Origin: Candidatus Eiseniibacteriota bacterium
GTDB lineage: Bacteria > Eisenbacteria > RBG-16-71-46 > SZUA-252
Length of the DNA: 46,012 bases
Direction of reading: 5' to 3'
NCBI GenBank assembly: GCA_043741515.1
Contig: JAYUAE010000171.1
Coordinates: forward strand, 1 to 46,012
Part shown: positions 36,611-46,012 of the stretch, one piece after another
How positions within the stretch are numbered: position 1 is the first letter of the stretch
Layout of the letters: each line of letters opens with the position of its first letter
The notes under the pieces: generated by a model
Told to the model about the DNA's origin: nothing
What the model saw: the letters and a program-made list of their open reading frames with translations, nothing else
Databases searched by the model: none
Program-made: the position numbers and the translations under genes

Positions 36611-37596
36611 GTGCTGCCTCCTTTGCTCGCGCGCCGCTCCCGCGGCGGAAGGGATCTGCCGGCGCGGATCGATCCCCGCTCCGCCGGAACTTCCAGAGCG
36701 CCGATCAAGTCGGCGACCGAAAGCTCCGAGCGGCGCAGGTAACTCTGGATCTCCTCGACGCAAGCCTCGGGCAGCCCGGGGTTCGCGAAGAGCGCGGTCC
36801 CCACCTGGACGGCGGTCGAGCCGACCAGCAGGAACTCGAGCGCATCGCGGGGATTGGTGATCCCGCCCATGCCCACGACCGGAATATCCACGACCTGGAC
36901 CACCTCCCAGACCTTCGCCAGGGCGAGCGGCTTGATCGCGGGCCCCGAGAGCCCGCCGACCACGGTGCCCAGGATGGGTTTCCGCGAGACGGAGTCCACG
37001 GCCATGCCGACGAACGTGTTCACCAGCGAGACCGCGTCCGCGCCGCACGATTCGCACGCGACCGCGATGTCGGCGATTCGGGTCACGTTCGGCGTGAGCT
37101 TCGCGATCAGGGGCAGCGTGGTGAGCGGCCGGATGGCCGTCATGACCTCGCGGGCCATGTCGGCGTCGGTGGAGTAGCGAAGGCCGTGCGGGCCGACGTT
37201 CGGGCAGGAGATGTTCACCTCGATGGCGTGCGCGACGCCCGAGCCGCTCACGCCCTCCACCAGCTCGCAGAATTCCCGGACGTTCTCCCCCTCCACGGAG
37301 ACGATCACCGCGCACGGAAGCTCGCGCAGAATGGGGACCTTGATTTCGAGGAAGCCTTCGAGCCCGGGGTTTTCGATCCCGATCGAGTTGAGCATTCCGG
37401 ACGCGGTCTCGACCACGCGCGGGGGCGGATTGCCGGCGCGCGCGTGACGGGTCACCGTCTTGGTCACGATGCCCCCGATCGCGCTCAGGTCCACCAGCCG
37501 GTCGTACTCGGCTCCGTATCCGATGATCCCCGACGCCACGAGCACCGGGTTCCGGAGCTTGAGCGAGCCGATGCGCACCTCGAGCGAGCGGGTCAC
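36607..37596 (-). CDS. pyrD: dihydroorotate dehydrogenase, catalytic subunit (class 1B)
   Basis: LKLRNPVLVASG, GGIVTKT, MLNSIGIENPG, EVNISCPN (catalytic Cys), AKLTPN, VNT, GGLSGPAIKP, VGMGGI. GTG 37596 overlaps the pyrK stop (GTGA). Confidence 0.9.
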   Translation of the reverse strand: MTRSLEVRIGSLKLRNPVLVASGIIGYGAEYDRLVDLSAIGGIVTKTVTRHARAGNPPPRVVETASGMLNSIGIENPGLEGFLEIKVPILRELPCAVIVSVEGENVREFCELVEGVSGSGVAHAIEVNISCPNVGPHGLRYSTDADMAREVMTAIRPLTTLPLIAKLTPNVTRIADIAVACESCGADAVSLVNTFVGMAVDSVSRKPILGTVVGGLSGPAIKPLALAKVWEVVQVVDIPVVGMGGITNPRDALEFLLVGSTAVQVGTALFANPGLPEACVEEIQSYLRRSELSVADLIGALEVPAERGSIRAGRSLPPRERRASKGGST

Positions 37597-38405
37597 GGCA
37601 GGCGCCCCCAGTCCACGATCGTCGCGTCCATGACCGGGCCCTCGATGCACATCGCGGGGTACCGCCCGCCGTTTTCGACCTCGCCGGGACGGAGCGGCAC
37701 CGGACATCCCCGGCAGGCGCCCACGGCACAGGCCATGGGGCCCTCGAGCGAGGCCTCGCAGCGGATGCCGCGCTCGCGCGCGAATTCCGCGATCTCGTGC
37801 AGGAGCCCGTGCGGTCCGCACGTGAAGATCTCCGCGGTGAGCGGCGTGTGCGCACCCGAGTCCCATTCCCGCGTGAGCAGCGTCAGCACGCTTCCGTGGT
37901 ATCCGACCGAGCCGTCGTCGGTCGCGAGATGCAGCCTTCCGCCGCGAATCTCACGGACGCCATAGAGCTCGCGCGAACTCCGGGCGCCGAAGAGGAAAAC
38001 GAAGGGGCGCTTCTTCTCGCGCAGCTTTCTGGCGAAGAAGAGGAGGGGCGCGACCCCGCGGCCTCCGGCCACGAGGATCGGCGTCCTTCGCGGGCGCGGC
38101 GAGAATCCCACGCCCAGAGGACCGATCAGGTCCAGCTTCTGCCCCTTGGGCTGCGTGGCGAGCACCCTCGAGCCCCGGCCCACCACCGAGTAGTAGATCC
38201 GGACCGCCCGGATCCCCCCGCGCTCGACGAACGCCTCCAGGCTGTACGGGCGCCGCAGCAAGGGCTCGGTCTCGGGGGAGACGCTGAGATGCACGAACTG
38301 CCCCGGCAAAGGCCGCGAGAATCCGCGCGGGACCTTGAGCGTGAGGAGGAAATTTCCGGGCGCGATCTCGCGGTTCCCGACCACCGAGCAGGTCACGAGG
38401 TTCAT
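37593..38405 (-). CDS. pyrK: dihydroorotate dehydrogenase electron-transfer subunit (FAD / 2Fe-2S)
   Basis: RRPYSL (FAD-binding RxYS), LVAGGRGVAP, and a C-terminal cysteine cluster MACAVGACRGCPV...MCIEGPV. ATG 38405 overlaps the stop of the TPR gene (ATGA). Confidence 0.85.
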   Translation of the reverse strand: MNLVTCSVVGNREIAPGNFLLTLKVPRGFSRPLPGQFVHLSVSPETEPLLRRPYSLEAFVERGGIRAVRIYYSVVGRGSRVLATQPKGQKLDLIGPLGVGFSPRPRRTPILVAGGRGVAPLLFFARKLREKKRPFVFLFGARSSRELYGVREIRGGRLHLATDDGSVGYHGSVLTLLTREWDSGAHTPLTAEIFTCGPHGLLHEIAEFARERGIRCEASLEGPMACAVGACRGCPVPLRPGEVENGGRYPAMCIEGPVMDATIVDWGRLP

Positions 38406-40102
38406 CGCGAGGGCCCGATGCTGGGGACGCCGGCTGTATCCGGCGGCGCCGGCGCCGGCGTTCTGGGAGGCAGCGGCGGCGGCGCCGGCTTTCCCTCCCG
38501 CTGCGCCTTGTAGAGCGCCCGCGCGTAGGCGGCGAGCGAGTCCCGCCTCGCCTCCTCGGCCGGCGTGAGCTGGGAGCCCGCCGGGGGCAGCGTCCTCAGC
38601 GTGTCCTGAACCGCCGGCGCGGGCAGGGGCGGCTCCGGCTCCTCCATGCGCCCGCGCGCGATCGTGGTGTCGGGGTGCGCCAGCATCGAGTCGAGGAGCG
38701 CGGTCCGCGCGTCGGTCCTTCCGCTCCATCGCCGCCAGAGATACAGGGCCGATTCCGGATAGCGGGTCTTTCGATACCGGCTCACGATCGAGTCGGTGAG
38801 CACGGCCGCGGCAGTCGTGTCGGACCGGTCGTACGTGTAGATCCAGAGCCGGGCGAATGCCGCCTTGGGCGCGTACGGGCTGTCCGGGAACCGGCGCTCG
38901 ACCGCCTCGTACTGAAGCAGCGCCGAATCCACCTTCTCGATCTGGAAGTAGTACAGCTCGGACAGGAGAAAGGCCGCGCGCGCGCGCGCCTGAGTCGTGT
39001 CGGACAGGAGCGTGGAGCGGTACTGTTTGACCGTGGTCAGATTCGCGGATCTCCTCGAGGCCTGGAGCTGGAACTCGGAGTAACCGGGCTCCAGCTTCAG
39101 CTTGTCGTACTCCCGTCCCGCCGCGTCGAAATCGCTGAGCTGCGATTCGTAGAGATATCCCACCCGGAACTGGGCCTCGTAGGCCACGGGCGAGTGGGGA
39201 TACTGCGTCACGAGGCGCTGGTATCCCTCGAGCGCCTCTTTCGTGCGGCCCAGGAGCGCCTCCACCCGGTACAGGTGGATCATCAGCTCCCCGTCCCGCT
39301 TTTCGCTCACCGCGAAAGGCTTCCAGCTCTGGTAGTAGTCGAGCGCCTCCTGGTAGCGGTTGAGCTGCTCGAGCGCGTCGCCGCGCTTGAAGGCGACATC
39401 GAGCCTCCTCGACCCCAGATCCTCCGCCTTCAGGGCGTCCGCGTAGACCGCCTGGGCGCTGTCGTACTTCGCGCTCGCGTAGAGCGCGTCGCCCATGCGC
39501 CGGTAGGCGTCCGCCTTCTGGCGCTTCTTCTTGGATGCTTCCACCGCGCGCCGGTACCAGGCCACTCCGGCCGGATAGTTCCGGAGACCCACCTCGGTCT
39601 CCGCGCCGTAGAAGTAGAGGTCCCACTTCCGCTCGAGCTTCGGAAACTCGGTCTCGACCTGGCGGAGGATGGTCTCGGCTTCCACGTACTCTTTCCTCCG
39701 GTAGTGCGAGATCCCCTCCATCAGCTTCGAATCGGGCACATAGGGGCTCTTGGGAACCGTCGTGCGCAGCTCGCCGAACTTCTTGATCGCGCCGGGATAG
39801 TCCCCTTTGCCGTACATCGCCGCCCCCATGTAGTAGAGCGCGTCGTCCACCCACTTGCTCCTGGGGTACTCGACCAGGATCTTCGCGCACTGGCGGATCG
39901 TAGCGTCGTACTTCTGCGCCGCGTCGGGGGTGGGGGTGTCGGTCAGGCTCCGCTCCTGCGATTTCTGACCCTCGTGGTAGTACCGCTTGGCCAGGTAGAA
40001 GGTGTTGTAGTAGGCGCAACCGTTGACTGCGACGAGGAGGACGATGCCGATGATCCAGGAGCCCGTGGGCTTCGTGTGCAGGGTCTGCATGAACGGCCCC
40101 AT
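38402..40102 (-). CDS. TPR-repeat probable lipoprotein with proline-rich C-terminus
   Basis: N-terminus WIIGIVLLVAVNGC (lipobox-like). Many 34-residue TPR-type repeats (ALYYMGAAMYGKGDYPGAIKKF, AYRRMGDALYASAKYDSAQAVY, GDALEQLNRYQEALDYY ...). The tail is rich in P/A. Start at ATG 40102 or 40090. Confidence 0.75.
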   Translation of the reverse strand: MGPFMQTLHTKPTGSWIIGIVLLVAVNGCAYYNTFYLAKRYYHEGQKSQERSLTDTPTPDAAQKYDATIRQCAKILVEYPRSKWVDDALYYMGAAMYGKGDYPGAIKKFGELRTTVPKSPYVPDSKLMEGISHYRRKEYVEAETILRQVETEFPKLERKWDLYFYGAETEVGLRNYPAGVAWYRRAVEASKKKRQKADAYRRMGDALYASAKYDSAQAVYADALKAEDLGSRRLDVAFKRGDALEQLNRYQEALDYYQSWKPFAVSEKRDGELMIHLYRVEALLGRTKEALEGYQRLVTQYPHSPVAYEAQFRVGYLYESQLSDFDAAGREYDKLKLEPGYSEFQLQASRRSANLTTVKQYRSTLLSDTTQARARAAFLLSELYYFQIEKVDSALLQYEAVERRFPDSPYAPKAAFARLWIYTYDRSDTTAAAVLTDSIVSRYRKTRYPESALYLWRRWSGRTDARTALLDSMLAHPDTTIARGRMEEPEPPLPAPAVQDTLRTLPPAGSQLTPAEEARRDSLAAYARALYKAQREGKPAPPPLPPRTPAPAPPDTAGVPSIGPSR

Positions 40103-41415
40103 CGTACCACTTCGCGCGGGCCCGCCGCTATTGGGCGCTCGGGACCGGCTCCGGAGCTCGGTAGGTGACCCGGCCGCCCAGCATCGTGAACAGCACGCGG
40201 CCCGGTAACTCCCATCCCTCGAAGGGGGTGTTCCGGCCCATCGAGGCGAATTCCGAGGCCCGGACCGTCCACCGGCGGCCCGGATCGAAGACCGTGAGGT
40301 CGGCCGGCAACCCCGCCTCCAGCGTCCCGCCGGGAAGCCCCAGCACGCGGAGCGGGTTCACGGTGAGGCGCAGGATCAGCTCCGGGAGCGAGATGTGCTT
40401 GGGCTCGACCAGCGCCTTGATGTAGACCCCGAGCGCGGTCTCCAGCCCCACGATCCCGAAGGGCGCGGAATCGAAGTCGGAGTCCTTCTCGATCTCGGTG
40501 TGGGGCGCGTGGTCGGTCGCGAGGCAGTCTATGGTGCCGTCCACGACCGCCTCGATCAGCGCATCGCGGTCCCGGGCGCTCCGGAGCGGTGGGTTCATCT
40601 TGGTCCGCGGATCGAACCCGTCCACCGCTTCGTCGGTGAGCAGGAGGTAGTGGGGCGCCGTCTCGGCCGTCATGCGGATGCCGCGGGCCTTCGCCTTCCG
40701 GATGATCTCCACCGACCGCCCCGCGCTCACGTGCGCCACGTGGACATGCCCGCCCGTCAGCTCCGCGAGGAGCGCGTCGCGGGCCACCATGACCGATTCG
40801 GCCACGTCGGGGATCCCCTTCATGCCGAGCCGCGTGGAGGTCCAGCCCTCGTGCATGACGCCGTCCCCCTTGAGATCAGGGTCCTCGGCGTGCTGGATCA
40901 CGGGCACGCCCAGAGCGCGCGTCAGCTCGAGCGCGCGGCGCATGATCTCGGCGTTCCGCACGGGCTTCCCGTCGTCCGACACCGCGACCGCCCCGGCCAG
41001 GACCAGGTCCTCGATCTCGGTGAGCGTCTCCCCCATCTGGCCGCGCGTGACCGCGGCGATCGGGTAGACACGCGCGTGACCGGACTCGGCCGCGCGCCGG
41101 ACCACGTATTCGATCCGCGGCCGGTCGTCGAGCGGGGGCGTCGTGTTCGGCATGCAGGCGACCGCGGTGAATCCGCCCCGCGCCGCCGCCCTGGTGCCGG
41201 TCTCGATGGTCTCCTTCTCCTCCTGCCCCGGCTCCCGGAGATGCACGTGGATATCCACCAGGCCAGGGCAGATGACATTACCCTGGACCTGCATCACCTC
41301 GGCCGAGCGGTCCGACCGGACGTCGGCCGGAGCGTCCTCGCCGAGGCCGGCAATGCGGCCGTCCACGATCCAGAGATCCTGGGCGCGGTCGATCCCGCGC
41401 GCGGGATCGAGGACC

Positions 41416-43085
<1,670 letters not shown>

Positions 43086-43096
43086 CTACGTGCGGC

Positions 43097-43126
43097 AGCA
43101 TATCACGGGACGTCGCCCGGCCTCAA
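43097..43126 (-). promoter_or_regulatory. candidate promoter of the pyr operon (TTGAGG-N18-TATGCT with upstream TG)
   Basis: Reverse strand reads ggTTGAGGccgggcgacgtcccgTGaTATGCTgcc. It lies about 35 nt upstream of the PyrR-binding hairpin. Confidence 0.3.
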
Positions 43127-43160
43127 CCCCTATTGCGATGCTCGAGGAACAAAGCCTGGG

Positions 43161-43829
43161 TCATCGGGCGCTGGAAGGATCCGCGCCCACCGCCACGAGC
43201 TCCGCGACCTTCCGGCCGAAGTCCTCGAGGGTGTACGGCTTCTGAAGAAAAGAATGACCCCACTGTGCGGCGTCGCCGTCCATGAAGGAGTCCTTGGCGT
43301 AGCCCGATGCGAAGAGGATCTTCGTGCCGGGCCGCTGCGCGACGAGGCGGCGGGCCAGCTCCAGCCCTCCCATGCCGGGCATGACGACGTCGCTCACGAC
43401 GCCCCGTATGGAGCCGGCGTGGCGCTCGAACAGCTCGAGCGCCTCTTCTCCGGAGCTCGCCTCGATCACCTGATAGCCCAGGACTTGGAGGAAGTCGCGG
43501 GCAAGGGCCCGGACGGAGGTCTCGTCTTCGACGAGAAGGATCGCGCCGCCTTCGTCCGCAGCGCTCACAGGCGCCTTCACGCCGGACGTCGTGCCGGCTG
43601 GAGGCTCGGGCTCGCCTACTCGAGGCAGCAGCAGGCGGAAGGTGGCGCCGGCTCCCAGCTCGCTCTCGACCAGAACGTTCCCGCCCGCGTGGCGGACGAT
43701 GCCATAGACGACGCTCAGACCGAGCCCTGTCCCCTTTCCCTGCTCCTTGGTCGTGAAGAACGGCTCGAAGAGGTGCGCCCGCACCTCGGGGCCCATCCCG
43801 GATCCCTGGTCGGCCACCGTGAGCGCCAC
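43161..43829 (-). CDS. hybrid histidine kinase fragment: HATPase_c G1/F/G2 boxes plus receiver domain (frame-shifted C-terminal part)
   Basis: [15 protein letters not shown] (G1), FEPFFTTK (F), GTGLGLSVV (G2), then the receiver ILLVEDE...[12 protein letters not shown]...ILFASGY...FLQKP. This frame is open upstream to the C5 run at 43868-43872. Confidence 0.7.
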   Translation of the reverse strand: MALTVADQGSGMGPEVRAHLFEPFFTTKEQGKGTGLGLSVVYGIVRHAGGNVLVESELGAGATFRLLLPRVGEPEPPAGTTSGVKAPVSAADEGGAILLVEDETSVRALARDFLQVLGYQVIEASSGEEALELFERHAGSIRGVVSDVVMPGMGGLELARRLVAQRPGTKILFASGYAKDSFMDGDAAQWGHSFLQKPYTLEDFGRKVAELVAVGADPSSAR

Positions 43830-43869
43830 GTAGGGCCCCGGCGGGAGATCGAGGTCCGGCCGGGCATCC

Positions 43870-44871
43870 CCCGGCCGCGATCTCGACGGCGCTCACCTCG
43901 ATCGCGAGATTGCCTCCCTGGGGCATGGCGTCCCGCGCGTTCACGGCCAGGTTGGCGAGAACCTGCTCGAGCTGGCCGCGGTCGGCGCGGACGTAGAGCG
44001 GCCACTCGCCGGTCCGTGTGACCAGGAGAACGTCCTCGCCGATGAGCCGGAGCAGCATGCTCTCCATGTCGCGAACCACCTCGCCGAGTGCCAGCGTCTC
44101 GGGGGTCACGACGTCCTTGCGGCTGAAGGCGAGAAGCTGGCGCGTGAGGAGCACGCCGCGCGCGGCGGCCTTCTGGACCTCCTCGGCGCTGATGCGAAGC
44201 CTGTCGGCGGGCGACATTTTGGCAAGCATGATCTCGCTGTGCCCCTTGATCACCGTGAGCAGGTTGTTGAAGTCGTGCGCCACGCCTCCCGCGAGCCGCC
44301 CCACCGCTTCCATCTTCTGCGCGTCGCGGAGCTGGACCTCGAGCGACCGGCGGTCGGTCACGTCGGTCGCGATTCCGAAGAGGCCGGTCACCTCTCCCTG
44401 ATCGTTCCGGAGGGGCGTGTAGTGCGCCTCGAAGGACCCCTTCCCGATTTCCACGGTCGTTCTGAACTCCTCGCCGGCCATGCAGCGGTCGATGTTCGCG
44501 AGGACGTTGGGATGGTCCCGGAAGACGTCGTAAACCGACTTTCCGACCACCTCCCCCTCGCGCCTCCCCAGGATGGCGAGCCCCTTGCCGAGGGAGGCGG
44601 TGTAGACGCCGTGCTTGTCGAGCGCGAAGAGGATGAGCGGCAACTCGGACAGGACGGTCCGCAGACGATCCTCGGCGGTCCGCAGCGCTTCCTCGGCCCT
44701 CTTCTGTTCCGAGAGGTCGCGGATGAACGCGGTGAAAACGGGCGGACCATTCGGGGAGATCCTCGCGATCGTCAGGTCGACCGGAAACTCCGAGCCGTCG
44801 GCGCGCATCGCCACGATCTCGATCCTGCGGCCCAGGATCGTCTCCTCGCCGGTGGCGAGGTAACGCTCCAT
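43870..44871 (-). CDS. hybrid histidine kinase fragment: end of PAS, second PAS, HisKA, N-box of HATPase_c
   Basis: [21 protein letters not shown]...[12 protein letters not shown] (PAS C-terminal half), a second [15 protein letters not shown] (H-box), [16 protein letters not shown] (N-box). Beyond ~43868 the same frame (track ORF 43123..44871) turns Arg/Gly-rich and is not credible. Confidence 0.7.
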
Positions 44872-45515
44872 GCCCTGGCGGTGCCGCTCGCGGAACCGCT
44901 CCGGTCCTCGCCGGTCACGAAGACGAACGTGTCGGTCTGATTCACGACGGCCGCGAACTTCTGGCGCTCGCGGTCGAGCACGCGGAGGTGCTCATCGAGC
45001 GTCTTGAACCAGCGCTTGTCCCGCTCCGCCTGGTGTCTGAGCTTCGAGATCTCGCTCCGGTTCATCGCCGGAGACGCGACGAGCTCGGTCGCCGCCAGGA
45101 TCCAGGCCGTGGTTTTTGGATCGTCCGGCGCCGGCGCGGAGGACCACGCGAGCGCCGCGGCGCCGAGCGGTCCCTGGTCCGTCGCAAGAAGCAACGTCCG
45201 GGTCGCGTATCCCTCGCGGGCTTCGCCGTCGGAGATCGTGAGGTGGCCACCACCCCGGCGAATCGCGGCCAGGGCTTCGACCTTGAGCCGTGGGCGGAGC
45301 GCGGCTTTGAGCGATGCGTCGTCGGGCGCCCAGTGCTCGCTCAGCGGCGCGTCGCCGTCCGCGAGGAACACGACTGCGGCTTTAGCCCCGGCGCCGGCGC
45401 GCAGGAGCTCCAGCCCTTCCGCAAGCGAGGCCTCGAGGGAGCCGGAGTGGAGAATCCTCGGAATCGCGCGGAGGAGCCGGTCCAGACCGCCGGAACCGAT
45501 CGGATTGGCGGTCAT
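44772..45515 (-). CDS. hybrid histidine kinase fragment: N-terminal GAF-like sensor, coiled coil and start of a PAS domain
   Basis: A GAF-like region (AAVVFLADGDAPL...LLLATDQGPLGAAALAW) and a coiled coil (EISKLRHQAERDKRWFKTLDEHLRVLDRERQKF). The PAS start AAVVNQTDTFVFVTGED is followed by Ser/Arg/Ala-rich nonsense to the stop. Confidence 0.55.
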   Translation of the reverse strand: MTANPIGSGGLDRLLRAIPRILHSGSLEASLAEGLELLRAGAGAKAAVVFLADGDAPLSEHWAPDDASLKAALRPRLKVEALAAIRRGGGHLTISDGEAREGYATRTLLLATDQGPLGAAALAWSSAPAPDDPKTTAWILAATELVASPAMNRSEISKLRHQAERDKRWFKTLDEHLRVLDRERQKFAAVVNQTDTFVFVTGEDRSGSASGTARAWSVTSPPARRRSWAAGSRSWRCAPTARSFRST

Positions 45516-45524
45516 CGCCGGGGG

Positions 45525-46007
45525 CTACGGAGCACGGCCGAGACGCTCGCGAGACTCGTAGAGCGCCGCGAGCCAGTCGGCGACGCGCTGGACGCGCGCC
45601 ACGGAGGACTCGTCGAAGGCGGCCACCTGGTGGCTGTCGATATCAACCTGGGCGTAGATCCGTTCGCCCCGCCGGATGAGGATCACGAGCTCGGAGCGCG
45701 TTTCCGTGCTGCAGGCCAGATAGTTGCTCTCGAGCCTCACATCCGGCACGTTGATGTTTCGGCGCTCCGCGACGGCCGTGCCGCACACGCCCCTTCCTAC
45801 CCCGATGAACACATGGTCGGTGGGCGCCCCGATGAACGGGCCGAGCCGGAGCACGTCGTCGGGAAAGAGCTCGTAGATCCCCGTCCAGTGGAACCGGTCG
45901 TCCAGCTCGTGCAGGCCGCGCACCGCCGCTTCCAGGATCTCCTCGAACGCCGCGCCCGACTTCTGGCGCCGCTCGAGATCCGCGATGACCTCGTCTGCCT
46001 TGATCAT
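45525..46007 (-). CDS. msrC: GAF-domain protein of the free methionine-(R)-sulfoxide reductase (YebR/fRMsr) type
   Basis: 160 aa: HWTGIYEL, GVGRGVCGTAVAERRNINVPDV, YLACSTETRSELVILI, VDIDSH. This conserved Cys pattern and spacing are typical of the family. Confidence 0.75.
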   Translation of the reverse strand: MIKADEVIADLERRQKSGAAFEEILEAAVRGLHELDDRFHWTGIYELFPDDVLRLGPFIGAPTDHVFIGVGRGVCGTAVAERRNINVPDVRLESNYLACSTETRSELVILIRRGERIYAQVDIDSHQVAAFDESSVARVQRVADWLAALYESRERLGRAP

Positions 46008-46012
46008 CTGAG

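Noticed and set aside
21431-40019. Very long minus-strand track ORFs (21431..23638 735 aa; 22567..24114; 23661..25142; 27881..30739 952 aa; 35882..37855 657 aa; 37593..40019 808 aa) that look like giant fusion proteins
   Set aside because: Only the C-terminal part of each matches a protein family. The N-terminal parts are Arg/Gly-rich read-through of the upstream gene in another frame. Internal ATG/GTG codons forming 4-nt overlaps with the upstream stop give normal-sized proteins.
43123-43868. 3' continuation of the 43123..44871 ORF (about 250 residues after the kinase N-box)
   Set aside because: It turns into Arg/Gly/Pro repeats, while the overlapping frame (43161..43829) encodes the missing G-boxes and a receiver. 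I interpret it as post-frameshift nonsense, not as coding sequence.

Overview
Very GC-rich (by eye well above 60 % G+C; not computed), gene-dense bacterial chromosomal segment. I recognise no rRNA, tRNA, CRISPR array, transposase or integrase. All family calls come from motif recognition in the supplied translations; no searches were run. Left to right: (1) a partial lipoprotein gene. (2) An overlapping three-gene signalling operon: a Cache-GAF-PAS histidine kinase, a single-domain receiver, and a receiver-DHp protein lacking an ATPase domain. (3) A convergent, translationally coupled four-gene operon of membrane/envelope proteins with no recognisable family (3684-7237), my best candidate for an undescribed system. 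(4) A GAF-type sigma-54 enhancer-binding protein with a near-consensus sigma-70 promoter. (5) A ~26-kb surface-glycan island (9090-35868) with two initiating phosphoglycosyl transferases, two Wzx-like flippases, two Wzy/O-antigen-ligase-like proteins, eight glycosyltransferases, a zinc-ribbon methyltransferase, a Wza/Wzz-like export pair and nucleotide-sugar genes (fcl, gmd, rmd, ugd, rfbB, an RmlC-like cupin, a UXS/ArnA-like SDR). (6) Directly upstream on the same strand, only 13 nt away, a pyrimidine operon pyrR-pyrB-pyrC-[TPR lipoprotein]-pyrK-pyrD-pyrF, preceded by a clear PyrR-binding hairpin / antiterminator / terminator leader. (7) A hybrid sensor kinase gene broken into three reading frames, one break at a C5 homopolymer and one that looks like an internal deletion in a PAS domain. 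(8) A GAF-fold free-methionine-sulfoxide-reductase-like gene. Fifteen gene junctions are 4-nt ATGA/GTGA/TTGA overlaps, which I used to fix start codons. Most of the very long ORFs in the track are off-frame or 5'-extended artefacts of the GC content.
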